Shown here: piece by piece, positions 18,518 to 27,787 of the stretch | How the letters are laid out: each line of letters opens with the position of its first letter | Numbering within the stretch: position 1 is the stretch's first letter | Program-made: the position numbers and the translations under genes | Notes under the pieces: model-generated | Told to the model about the DNA's origin: nothing | Seen by the model: only the letters and a program-made list of their open reading frames with translations | The model's database searches: none | Source: an uncultured Verrucomicrobiota bacterium | GTDB lineage: Bacteria > Verrucomicrobiota > Kiritimatiellia > SLAD01 | Assembly (NCBI GenBank): GCA_964425945.1 | Contig: CAYRPR010000001.1 | Coordinates: 1-61,241, forward strand | Direction: 5' to 3' | DNA: 61,241 nucleotides

Positions 18518-21500
18518 TTACTGCGGCAGGATCTCGATCTGGTCGGGTTCGCGTATTTCGATGTTGGGATTGCCGCGGTGAAGGTAGATTCGTCCGGATA
18601 GCCTTATCGTCCTCCCGGCCAATGCGCCATGAAGGTCGCCGCCCAGGGCCGCCTCGAGCACGGGTACACGATCCGGATAGATGACGCCCGTGAGTTGTTC
18701 ATCGCCGATCTTCTCGAAGTTCAGGAATGTTCTCATGCCGCCGTCCTGCGCCGTCGCATTGCGAATCATGCCCTCAACGACCACCTGCCGGCCTTCATGC
18801 GAGCGTAACTCGTCCATGGCGCGTGCGGATAGGGTGGGTATATCCGTCCGGGACGCCGTGCGCGTATCCGGTTCGGCGAGGACGCGGATCTGTTCGGGGC
18901 GATTCAGGACGATTTGTGGCGTTCCGTTAAATACGCTCACTATGCCTTCCAGTTCAACCTCGGTTCCGGCGAGATCATCGAGGCGCTCACCGTATATCGT
19001 CGTAAACGCAGCCAGCGCGTTGCGGTGGATGACTCCCGTGAACTGCCCGCGTGTTGTTCCAAACTGCAGGAAGGAGAGCTCCGTGCGGCCGACTTGCAGG
19101 ACAATGGTCAGAATAGTGCCCCGCACCGCGACCGATTGTCCGGCGTGGGCCTTCAACAACTCGATATCGTGCGCATCGAGGGGATCGGTTGCCGCGGTCG
19201 GTTGTCGCGTGTCGGTCGGCTCGGCCGGGCCGAACGGGCGGTGCCACCGATCCGGCGCCGGCAGGAGGACGTCCGCGGCGGATTCAGCCCCGTCCTCCGA
19301 GACGGGTTCCGGCGTCCGGCCTGAGACCTCGCTGATGCGCAGTTCCGTCCAGGTGAGAGAACGGCGGATTCCGTCATCTTTGGGATATTCGCGGGCCAGT
19401 TGGAGCCATATCCGGCGTGCGTCCTCCAATCGCTGTTGAGCTTCCGACCCCCGCAAGGCGTTGGACCAGAAACCCAGCATATACGCCAGGTCCATCCGCA
19501 GAGAACGACTGTTGGGGGCGTTCGCCACCAGGCGGAGGTACCGCTCATGCGATTCCTTGAACAGGGCTTGCGCGGTGGCCCGATCGCCGGCGCGATCATA
19601 CAGGCGTCCGCGTTCGGAATAGTTTCGCGCCAGATCGCGAAGATAATCGCTGTTGCCGGGATAGCCGGCCGCCAATTCGTTAAACACGTCATAGGCCTCC
19701 TCAAATGCATGGAGGGCCTGTTGGTGCTGTTCCCGCTGGGCATGGGTTTTACCCAGCTCACTCCATGTGATCGCAAGGTCGCGAAGGAAATCCGGGTCCC
19801 TCGGATGCCGTTTGACGAGGTCGACTTTGATGGCCAGCGACCGCTCCAGCGCTTCAACGGCCTCATCGTACCGGCGCGCGCTCAGGCGCATTTTCCCGAG
19901 TTCGTCCCACGATCGGGCCTCGTCTCGGCGGTACTCGATCTGCGCGGGATGACGATCGGTCAGTTCGCGCTTCACGCGGGTGGCTTGCTCGAGCGCCTGC
20001 TCGGCGTCATCGTATCGGTTGAAGCGGGCGTGTATCTTGCCGAGCTCGTCCCAGCTTCGCGCGTAGGCACGCGTGAACTCGGGATCATCCGGAAATTCCC
20101 GGGCCAAGGTCTGTTTCAGTTTGAGCGCCTGTTCCACGGCGCCCTGGGCGGCGGCCCAATCGCCCGCGCGCTGATAGATCAGTCCCCGTTCGTCCCAATT
20201 CCGCGCCCATTCCCTGCGATAGTCCACATGATCCGGAAAGGCACGCACCAGTTGTTGAAAGAGGGCGCCGGCCCGTTCCTGAGCCGAGATGGCGGATGAA
20301 ATGTCCCCCAACTCGGCGTCGAGACGCGCGAGTTCCTCCCAACTGCGCGCCATGTCCCGTTGATAGTAGGGGGAGTCGGGATATCGCGCGTGGAGCGCCT
20401 GCAGGCGCGCGATACGTTCTTCGTGCAACGCGCGCGATTCGTACAAGTCGCCGGCCTCGCGCCGGGCGGCGGCGAGCAGCGTGAGTGACCAGGACAGTTC
20501 TTCGCGTAAACGTTCATCGTTCGTGTTATCGGCCGCGAGTTGCTCATAGAAGGACACGGCGTCCCGCAGCAATTGATCGCGAACGGGGGCCGCGTCGGGA
20601 TTGTGCGCCAACGGACCGCGGGCGATGAGGGTCGTGAATTGGTCCACGGTGTCGAGCGCCTTGCGCAGATTCGTTTCGGCGCGTTCGCGTTCCAGGACGG
20701 CGACCTGTTCGGCCTGCCGAGTGCGCATGAGGGCGATGCTCGCGGCCGCCAGGCCGAGCGCGAGGGCGGTGACCACGGCCGCGCCCGCGCCGACGAGGGC
20801 CTTATGCCGGCGGGCAAATTTGCGCATCTGATACCACGCGGACGGTGGTCGCGCCACAATGGGCTCGTCGTTCAGGAAGCGCAGGAGATCGTCGCCCAGT
20901 GCGGCCGCCGAGGCATAGCGGCGCGCTTTGTCCTTCTCCATGGCTTTGTGGACGATGATCTCGAGGTCGCCGCGAAGCGACGGAACAACGGCGCCCAAAC
21001 GGCGCGGCTCCTGCTCGTGAATGACGCGGATGGCGTCGTGCAATGTTTTGGATCCGAATTGATGGGGACGCTCACCGCTGAGCAGTTCGAAAGCCACCAC
21101 GCCGAGCGCGTAGATATCGGAGCGCACGTCGATCGGGTCGTTCTGCGAGCCGGCTTGTTCGGGCGGCATGTAGGCGAGCGTGCCCAACACGCCTCCCGTA
21201 TCCAGGGTCAGCGTGTGGATCGGCTGGTCGACATCGAGAATCCGGGCGACGCCGAAGTCCAGGATGCGAGGCTGACCGGCGGCATCGACCGCGATATTCG
21301 CCGGCTTCAGATCGCGATGAATGATTCCTTTCTGATGGGCATAATGAACGCCCTCCACCACTTTGATCAGGAGGGCGATTCGATCCCGCGTGCCGAGCAG
21401 ATGCAGACGGGCATAGTTGGTGATGGGCGCGCCCTCGATAAACTCCATGGCGAAGTAGGGGTGTATCTGTCCGTTTGCATCCCATGAACCGGCTTCGTAG

Positions 21501-21790
21501 ATGCGCGCGATGGCGGGATGTTCCAGCCGGCCCAGAATGTCCACCTCCAGGCTGAAGCGGCGCAGCAACCGCGGGGTAAGCAATCCCGCCCGTAGAACTT
21601 TCAGCGCCACGCGCCGATGCGGCTTCTCCTGCCAGGCTTCATAGACCGTGCCCATGCCGCCCTCATCGATCAGTCGAACGATGCGGTAGCCGGGCGGCTG
21701 CGGCCACAGGGATGATGTCGCCGGCGCAACAGGCTCTCCGGACTGGCTCATCGGCGGTCGGCCGTTCATCTCGGGGGTGGCGTTCTCCAT
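18518..21790 (-). CDS. Membrane Ser/Thr protein kinase with TPR array and two C-terminal OB-like repeats
   Basis: Hanks kinase motifs ('VALKVL', 'HRDLKPANI', 'DFGVA', 'APE'-like 'MPPEQ') and a TM helix 'ALVGAGAAVVTALALGLAAASIALM'. About 430 aa of TPR follow, then a duplicated ~110-aa beta-rich module. Confidence 0.9.
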   Translation of the reverse strand: MENATPEMNGRPPMSQSGEPVAPATSSLWPQPPGYRIVRLIDEGGMGTVYEAWQEKPHRRVALKVLRAGLLTPRLLRRFSLEVDILGRLEHPAIARIYEAGSWDANGQIHPYFAMEFIEGAPITNYARLHLLGTRDRIALLIKVVEGVHYAHQKGIIHRDLKPANIAVDAAGQPRILDFGVARILDVDQPIHTLTLDTGGVLGTLAYMPPEQAGSQNDPIDVRSDIYALGVVAFELLSGERPHQFGSKTLHDAIRVIHEQEPRRLGAVVPSLRGDLEIIVHKAMEKDKARRYASAAALGDDLLRFLNDEPIVARPPSAWYQMRKFARRHKALVGAGAAVVTALALGLAAASIALMRTRQAEQVAVLERERAETNLRKALDTVDQFTTLIARGPLAHNPDAAPVRDQLLRDAVSFYEQLAADNTNDERLREELSWSLTLLAAARREAGDLYESRALHEERIARLQALHARYPDSPYYQRDMARSWEELARLDAELGDISSAISAQERAGALFQQLVRAFPDHVDYRREWARNWDERGLIYQRAGDWAAAQGAVEQALKLKQTLAREFPDDPEFTRAYARSWDELGKIHARFNRYDDAEQALEQATRVKRELTDRHPAQIEYRRDEARSWDELGKMRLSARRYDEAVEALERSLAIKVDLVKRHPRDPDFLRDLAITWSELGKTHAQREQHQQALHAFEEAYDVFNELAAGYPGNSDYLRDLARNYSERGRLYDRAGDRATAQALFKESHERYLRLVANAPNSRSLRMDLAYMLGFWSNALRGSEAQQRLEDARRIWLQLAREYPKDDGIRRSLTWTELRISEVSGRTPEPVSEDGAESAADVLLPAPDRWHRPFGPAEPTDTRQPTAATDPLDAHDIELLKAHAGQSVAVRGTILTIVLQVGRTELSFLQFGTTRGQFTGVIHRNALAAFTTIYGERLDDLAGTEVELEGIVSVFNGTPQIVLNRPEQIRVLAEPDTRTASRTDIPTLSARAMDELRSHEGRQVVVEGMIRNATAQDGGMRTFLNFEKIGDEQLTGVIYPDRVPVLEAALGGDLHGALAGRTIRLSGRIYLHRGNPNIEIREPDQIEILPQ

Positions 21791-21844
21791 GGAGCTAGGT
21801 AAGGAATAGCGCCGGGGTCAGGCCGTGTAAAGCGGAGAAATGCC

Positions 21845-22369
21845 TTACTCGCCGCCGGTCTGCCGAACGGCCTCGTCAAAGAGGCCCTTGATATCGGCGG
21901 GCATCCACGGCCGATCGGCGGCCCAACGGTACCCGTTCAGGACATCCCGCCGCGGCAGTTCCGTAATCACCGTGCGGGTGCGCAATTCAGCGACGGCGAT
22001 GCTGGCGTAGTAGAGCACCGTCGCCACATCTTCCGGATAGGCAAGCTGGGCGCGCCGACTCAATTGCTTGGCGAAATCCTTGACGAGGCGCAAGGCCTCA
22101 AGCGAGGGGTCCGGGCTCAGGAGCAGTTCGCGAAACGACCGATCGGGCAATTGTGAGTTGCGGACATCCGGAAGCAGTTGAGTCAGGTCGGACACGAGCG
22201 CCGCATTCAGTTGATGCACCAGAATGGCCCCATAGTCACTGTCCCGCCACGAGGTGCGCGCGGACGTCGTTTCATCCATCAGGTTGCCGAGTATCCGCGC
22301 CTCGGTCTGTCGCCGCTTAGTCGGTTCTGGGTGGTTTGGTGACATGATCATATTGTTGTGTATACGCAC
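21845..22369 (-). CDS. Hypothetical protein between the ECF sigma and kinase genes
   Basis: The ORF overlaps the sigma 3' end by 53 nt; an internal Met (MDETT, ~22279) would remove the overlap. No motif recognised. Confidence 0.45.
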   Translation of the reverse strand: MRIHNNMIMSPNHPEPTKRRQTEARILGNLMDETTSARTSWRDSDYGAILVHQLNAALVSDLTQLLPDVRNSQLPDRSFRELLLSPDPSLEALRLVKDFAKQLSRRAQLAYPEDVATVLYYASIAVAELRTRTVITELPRRDVLNGYRWAADRPWMPADIKGLFDEAVRQTGGE

Positions 22370-23102
22370 TAACCTCCGCCAATATTGCGCGGAGTTCTCG
22401 TATTTCCTTGTCTACGTCGGGTTCACTGCCCGTATATTCCCACACGACCGATCGAAACGTACGTTCAAACATCCGTTTCACCGTGAACAACGCATTGGCC
22501 GCCTGTACGGGAGAGACAAAGCCGAGTCGCACAACCATCTCGGCATAGGGTTCGGGTTGCAGGCCCTCCAGAATCGGCTGAACGACACGGTTCTGGAACA
22601 ACAGCCAGTAATGAACGCGTCCCGATGTCCGGCAATCGTGTTCCACGCGGCGCAACGTCTCGCTTACAATCTCGCGAATCCAGGCCAGGTCGAAATCGGT
22701 GGAGGCGGCGGGCATGGCCGCTGACGCATCGGCGTCCGGCGGCATCGACTCCAGTGAGACCAGGGGGCCGCCGCTCGGCGCTCGCCGTACGGAGGTAACC
22801 CGGCGGAACTCGCTGATGGCATATCGTTCCAGGGCCGTGAGGAGCAGCGTGCGAAACTTGCCTCGATCGCGCCGCGCGCGCGCAATCAGGTCGCCCTGCA
22901 GAATCTTGTCGGCCACAAACCCCTGTATGAGATCATCGGCTTGATCCGGATGGACCCGCATCGTGTACACGAGATGCGCTCTCAGGGCGGGCAGATAGCG
23001 ATCGAGGAGTTCGCCTAGCGCCTCTTCGGCGTCTTCAGCACTCGAATCGGCCGCCCGCTCGATCAGCGTCCAACGTGTCGGCGGAAACCGTCCATCCTGC
23101 AT
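22317..23102 (-). CDS. ECF-type RNA polymerase sigma factor (kinase-associated type)
   Basis: N-terminal 'TRWTLIERA', sigma2-like 'DDLIQGFVADK', and a sigma4 HTH-like 'YAEMVVRLGFVSPVQAANALFTVKRMF'. Confidence 0.75.
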   Translation of the reverse strand: MQDGRFPPTRWTLIERAADSSAEDAEEALGELLDRYLPALRAHLVYTMRVHPDQADDLIQGFVADKILQGDLIARARRDRGKFRTLLLTALERYAISEFRRVTSVRRAPSGGPLVSLESMPPDADASAAMPAASTDFDLAWIREIVSETLRRVEHDCRTSGRVHYWLLFQNRVVQPILEGLQPEPYAEMVVRLGFVSPVQAANALFTVKRMFERTFRSVVWEYTGSEPDVDKEIRELRAILAEVSAYTQQYDHVTKPPRTD

Positions 23103-23238
23103 AGTGGAATCCCTGATACCAGATTACTCATTCGCCCCGGCTTGATATAACCTAATACATCGACGATAAAGAGCCGTCAACATATCCAATATTTCAGGAA
23201 AGGTGGCGTATAGGGAATGAGGGGAATGCGCATCGATC

Positions 23239-23826
23239 ATGAGTTCGCCGGGCCATCGCGGAAAACCGAGTGTTTCGGTCGTCAGCGGCAACACGCTGAT
23301 TCGAGAGGGATTGTGTGCCGTTTTCCGGCGATACGCCTGGCGTGTTGACAGTTGCGCAAACGACGCCGCGCTTCGCCGACCTTCCACATCGGATCTGATT
23401 GTCCTGGACTTGGAATCCGTGCCCATGAGCGGGCGCACGGGCTCCGCACAACTCCGCGTATATCAAAACGGCACGCCGATACTTCTTTACGGCTCGCGTG
23501 AGATCATTCGGAAACGACGCTGGCTTACGCGGCGTGGTGTGGTCGGGTCGCTTAGCGGCGATGAAACGCCGCACGACATCGTGAGGCTGGCCAACCGGCT
23601 GGTCAATGCGGCGGACGCCATCATGGATATCGGGAACGTGCTTTCCACGCGTGAGCAGGACGTGTTCCGTCTCCTGGGCGAGGGCAAATCAAATCGCCAG
23701 ATAGCGCGCGATCTTGGTGTGAGCGTGAAGACGGTGGAGACGCACAAGGAACACCTCAAGCAGAAGCTCGCCATGGCGACCACGGCGGATTTGCTGGAAC
23801 TCGCCATTCGTCTGAGCGGGGGATAA
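23239..23826 (+). CDS. LuxR/FixJ-family regulator with atypical receiver-like N-domain
   Basis: C-terminal HTH 'LSTREQDVFRLLGEGKSNRQIARDLGVSVKTVETHKEHLKQKL'. The N-domain keeps 'DLIVLDL' but lacks the N-terminal acidic pair and the conserved Lys context. Confidence 0.8.
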   Translation: MSSPGHRGKPSVSVVSGNTLIREGLCAVFRRYAWRVDSCANDAALRRPSTSDLIVLDLESVPMSGRTGSAQLRVYQNGTPILLYGSREIIRKRRWLTRRGVVGSLSGDETPHDIVRLANRLVNAADAIMDIGNVLSTREQDVFRLLGEGKSNRQIARDLGVSVKTVETHKEHLKQKLAMATTADLLELAIRLSGG

Positions 23827-24051
23827 ACAGCCACATGCCTTTCCGGATCCAATGGGAATGAAGAATCAGGGAATGTCCCGATTTACTCAGCTTCTAAAAT
23901 TGTGTCAAATGGCCGTTATGTAATTAGGGGGAGGGGGCGTGGAGACGCTTCAGGGTACGCTGAACGGGTTCTGAACGGAATGAAATAGTATGGCATGCGC
24001 ATTACCAATCAGCAGGTGGTCCCGAGTCCACACATGGCAGGAGATCCGGTT

Positions 24052-25545
24052 ATGAATAGAGGGACGAATTGCGGGGTATCGAGAGCGGGTGCGGTTCTCT
24101 TTTCTGGCTTGGCCGGCGTGTTACTCGCCGTCGTTCCTCAAACCGATGCGGCTTATGAATCCGCGGCTCATGTGATCAACGCGTCAGGCGGTCACATGGA
24201 AAATCTGCTTTATCAAACTACGACGGCCGTGGGTCAGGGACACGGGCTGGGCTTCAACTCATCCGCATCCATTAGTCACTACGCGGGTTTCATTCAGCGG
24301 GATTCCTCCGGCAACGATTATGCTCCGGTGCTGGCGCCGATCGGTCAGTGGGTGGCGTGGGTCAGCAGTGAATTCGAGGTCACCCTGTGCGCCAGCGATC
24401 AGGATGGCATTCCGCCGTCCGTGAGCGCCGAGTGGCTTCCCACCGGGGCCGTACTGCAGGATCACGGCAATGGTTGCGCGACGCTGATCTGGACGCCCGA
24501 GAGCGTCGACCACGGTGTGCATGGCATCCGCATTACGGCCAGTGATGGGATCAGAGAAGTGACGCAGGTGGTGCGACTATACGTCGGCGGCGCCGAGGAG
24601 GACGCCGATCCGCAGACCGGCCTGCCCGAATCGCTCGTGACCTGGTCCGTGCCCATCCTGTCCATTGAGGCCGATCCGTTTGCAACCAGTTCGCTGGTGG
24701 AATGGGAGTCCAAACCGGATGTGGTCTACGACATGTACGGCAGTGATGACGGAGAGAACTGGAGCGTGATCAGTGCGTCCGTTGCGGCCGATGATGACAC
24801 CGTTGAGCAAACGGACAACACGTTGGCGGATCGCTCGTGGCGCTTCTATCAAGTGGTGTTCGAGGGCGAGACGCCGTCGAGTTCGGCGCAGTCGTGGAGT
24901 CTGGCCCGATCCGAAGTGCAGGCCGGCACGTACAGCATGTACGGGTCTCCGGCGCGTTCCGACCGGAAGTTCGACGGCCAGATGGGCACGTCGCTCGCTT
25001 CGGTATTGACCGGCCACAACAGTGGGATCGGCACCCAGACGGGCGACGAAGTCTATGTGTTGGAGAGCGACGGAAACTGGCGGATGCTTTACCTCGACAC
25101 GACCGGCGTGTGGCGGGAAAGCGACGGCAGCGCATCGTACTGTGAGCTGGAACCGGGTCAGGGTTTCTTCGTGGCGCGGTTCACGCCGTCCTCCACGCAA
25201 TGGAGCATGGCCGGGGAGATCGACGGCAACGGTACCGGTACCGCGACCATCCGGGAGGGCTGGAACATCCTCAATTTCGCGGAGGGGCGCCCGGTCAATC
25301 TCAACAACGTCCTCGGCAATAAACCGTCCGGCGGCGCGTCAGAGGAACAGTCCGACCTGATCGTGGTGTATCAATCGGACGGTTCCTGGCGCCGGTACAT
25401 GTATATACAGGGGTGGGGCGCCCCCTACGACGGCAAATGGTGGGATTTGGACGGCAACCAGATCGTCCAGATCACCAATCAACCCGGTCGCGCTTTCTAC
25501 TACTACCGAAAGCCGGGGGCGGGGCAGACGACGGTGGATTATTGA
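24052..25545 (+). CDS. Exported multi-domain protein (one cadherin-like Ig domain, a beta-sandwich, and a duplicated C-terminal module)
   Basis: Start at MNRG after AGGAGA, with a signal peptide. 'PVLAPIG...ASDQDG...LIWTPES...ITASDG' matches the cadherin-like repeats of the giant proteins. Confidence 0.65.
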   Translation: MNRGTNCGVSRAGAVLFSGLAGVLLAVVPQTDAAYESAAHVINASGGHMENLLYQTTTAVGQGHGLGFNSSASISHYAGFIQRDSSGNDYAPVLAPIGQWVAWVSSEFEVTLCASDQDGIPPSVSAEWLPTGAVLQDHGNGCATLIWTPESVDHGVHGIRITASDGIREVTQVVRLYVGGAEEDADPQTGLPESLVTWSVPILSIEADPFATSSLVEWESKPDVVYDMYGSDDGENWSVISASVAADDDTVEQTDNTLADRSWRFYQVVFEGETPSSSAQSWSLARSEVQAGTYSMYGSPARSDRKFDGQMGTSLASVLTGHNSGIGTQTGDEVYVLESDGNWRMLYLDTTGVWRESDGSASYCELEPGQGFFVARFTPSSTQWSMAGEIDGNGTGTATIREGWNILNFAEGRPVNLNNVLGNKPSGGASEEQSDLIVVYQSDGSWRRYMYIQGWGAPYDGKWWDLDGNQIVQITNQPGRAFYYYRKPGAGQTTVDY

Positions 25546-25546
25546 G

Positions 25547-26419
25547 ATGGATCGAACACACCGCAGAGTCATCCGCCGGCGAAAACGGTGGCGACGTGTC
25601 GGCGGCGGGAGCGGCGGACTATCCTACGCCTGGCTGGTGAGGGCGTCGCTCTCGACCGCCGTATCGTTTTGCTGCCTGATGGCGATGTCGGTGTCCGGAG
25701 CCGTAGTGATGACGGAAACATGGAGTGATGGGCATGCCGAGGGCTGGACCGGTGTCGGTACGGATATGACCGTGACCTACAGCGGCGTCGAAGGCCTTCC
25801 GCCCGGATCCCTGTCCGGGACCTTCGGCAGTCAGGCGATTCCCGCATCCGAGGTGGGCGCGTTTCAGGCGACGGTTGCCGCTTCGGGCGGCGGATTTACC
25901 GGAGATTACTGGACGGATGTGCCGGGCTGGACCGGTTGGACGTTCAGTTTTCTGGCCGCCGATATCCTGCCGTCCAGCGTTCAACTGCGTCTGCATGGAA
26001 ATGGATGGACGGCCTGGTACAACGTGACCGCGCAAATCAACAACGTGGGGCTGTGGCAATCCGTTTCTGTTCCGAGTGTCTACACGGCGGCTTGGGTGCC
26101 GCCCGGCAATGAGGTCAACTGGTCCAACGCGCTGTCCGACGTGGAGTGGATCGAGGTCCAGGTCGGTCGGGCGGGTGAGGACGAACAGTCCTACTTCCTC
26201 GACAATTTCCGTATCTCGATGAATGAGCTGGGCGGGTCGGCCGCCATACCGGAGCCGGACTATGCCCTGATGATGGCCCTGTTCATGCTTCTGCTTCTTC
26301 GTGGTGTTAAGTCCCGTGCCGAGGCCGAACGCCGCGGTGATGTTGTATCCGAGTCGCGGAGTCCGGCGACCGGCATGGATACAAGGTTTTATGTCGATCA
26401 GCGAGTTCTATCTGAATAG
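25547..26419 (+). CDS. Exported protein with PEP-CTERM-like sorting tail
   Basis: Signal peptide and a beta-rich domain, then 'AAIPEPDYALMMALFMLLLLRGVKSR' (PEP motif, hydrophobic helix, basic cluster). Confidence 0.65.
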   Translation: MDRTHRRVIRRRKRWRRVGGGSGGLSYAWLVRASLSTAVSFCCLMAMSVSGAVVMTETWSDGHAEGWTGVGTDMTVTYSGVEGLPPGSLSGTFGSQAIPASEVGAFQATVAASGGGFTGDYWTDVPGWTGWTFSFLAADILPSSVQLRLHGNGWTAWYNVTAQINNVGLWQSVSVPSVYTAAWVPPGNEVNWSNALSDVEWIEVQVGRAGEDEQSYFLDNFRISMNELGGSAAIPEPDYALMMALFMLLLLRGVKSRAEAERRGDVVSESRSPATGMDTRFYVDQRVLSE

Positions 26420-27215
26420 GAGTGTACCCTTGATTGTCACGGCATGGCTTGGTCTGAGCTGGACGCATGATATCGAGGCGGCGCAGAACCATACGGAGAC
26501 GTTTACATCCGGGCTGGCGGGTTGGATCCATCAGGGCCAGGGATCGATCCAGGTGACGAACGAATCCGTTCATGTGATTTTCGCCGCGCAGGGAGGACCG
26601 CCGCAACCGCAGACGGCGTCGTTGACCGCGGATACCTCCGCCTCCGGTGGCGCTTTTACGGGGGATTATGGCGATGCGGATGTGGACCTGATTGGATTCG
26701 ATTTCTACGCCGAAAACGCGCTCCCCTCGCTGTTGAAGTTGGAATGGTCCGCCGGCACGAACACCTATTTTCGCGACCTGAAGACGCATATCGGCGTCAC
26801 GGGCGCGTGGCATACGCTCACGGTTTCGCTGGCGGGCCGGGCGGCGGGGGCATGGCAGGGGCCGGAAGAGGAGACGGTATTCGCGCAATCCCTCCAAATC
26901 GTATCGCAGGTTGTCGTGCGGGTATCACGGGCCGGTGTCGCATCACAACGCTATCGCATCGACAACGTGCGCCTGGGCCGACGCCCCGAACCCGCGTCGA
27001 TGGACTTGTCGGAAAGCACGATTATCGTCAACTGGTCCAATTTGCAGTCCAATCTGGCGTATCAAGTACAGGCGGCAAACACGCTCACCGGGGAGTGGAC
27101 GCATATCGGAACACATATGGCCGGTGAGGATGTCGATTTCGTCGTAGAGCCGGTTTCGTCGACGAACACCGTTCGTTTTTATCGTTTACTTCAGGAGGAA
27201 GTCCATGCGCCGTAG
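26391..27215 (+). CDS. Exported paralog of the 25547 gene with a beta-sandwich 'FYRL' C-terminus
   Basis: Shared 'ASGG(A/G)FTGDY', 'LPS(L/S)(L/V)(K/Q)L' segments with the previous protein. Start chosen at MSISEF (26391). Confidence 0.6.
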   Translation: MSISEFYLNRSVPLIVTAWLGLSWTHDIEAAQNHTETFTSGLAGWIHQGQGSIQVTNESVHVIFAAQGGPPQPQTASLTADTSASGGAFTGDYGDADVDLIGFDFYAENALPSLLKLEWSAGTNTYFRDLKTHIGVTGAWHTLTVSLAGRAAGAWQGPEEETVFAQSLQIVSQVVVRVSRAGVASQRYRIDNVRLGRRPEPASMDLSESTIIVNWSNLQSNLAYQVQAANTLTGEWTHIGTHMAGEDVDFVVEPVSSTNTVRFYRLLQEEVHAP

Positions 27216-27786
27216 AAAAGATGATGGGCCCCGTCGGCCGGCCGACGGGAGTGTGCGGGTTGTGTTCGGTATCGCCCTGGCGGCCGGATGCATGATGTGG
27301 TTGTGCGGGGATGTGGCGCGCGGCGAAGAAGGAGCCGCCTCGGGCTGGCAGGCATACGTCGATAGCCGTTTCTCCTTCATGGTCGAATATCCCAACGGAT
27401 GGAGCGCGGAGATTGCGGATGAGAACGATGACGCCATGCCCGACTACGTCATGAAGCGCAGTATCTACTTCAAGTCCGGCAGTCCGGCCACGTTCATGAT
27501 CTATGTCTGGAGCAATCGCGAAGAACTGGACCTGATTTCCTGGGCTCATACCAACTATCTGGACTTGATGTCCTATCCGGAGGAGGCGCCTGCCGAAATA
27601 AATGACGAGGTGTTCGGCCAGCCGGCCGTTCGTTTCTTCAACCGGCAGATGACGACGTGCGACATGGAAATCGTTCTGTTCCAGTATCAGGACTGGGTCT
27701 ACATGCTCTTGTACCGCAACTGTGATGAGGGCGCATCGAAACTGCTGTATGAACATTTTGTCGCGTCATTCGCCGGGGATTTCTAA
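27205..27786 (+). CDS. Exported protein, stand-alone copy of the domain duplicated at the N-terminus of the second giant protein
   Basis: 'FSFMVEYPNGWSAE...FMIYVWSNREELDLISWAHTN' aligns with 'FAIYMPTRGWTV...IWIDVWSNPGGLDLDQWMATN' in the 37877 protein. Confidence 0.6.
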   Translation: MRRRKDDGPRRPADGSVRVVFGIALAAGCMMWLCGDVARGEEGAASGWQAYVDSRFSFMVEYPNGWSAEIADENDDAMPDYVMKRSIYFKSGSPATFMIYVWSNREELDLISWAHTNYLDLMSYPEEAPAEINDEVFGQPAVRFFNRQMTTCDMEIVLFQYQDWVYMLLYRNCDEGASKLLYEHFVASFAGDF

Positions 27787-27787
27787 T

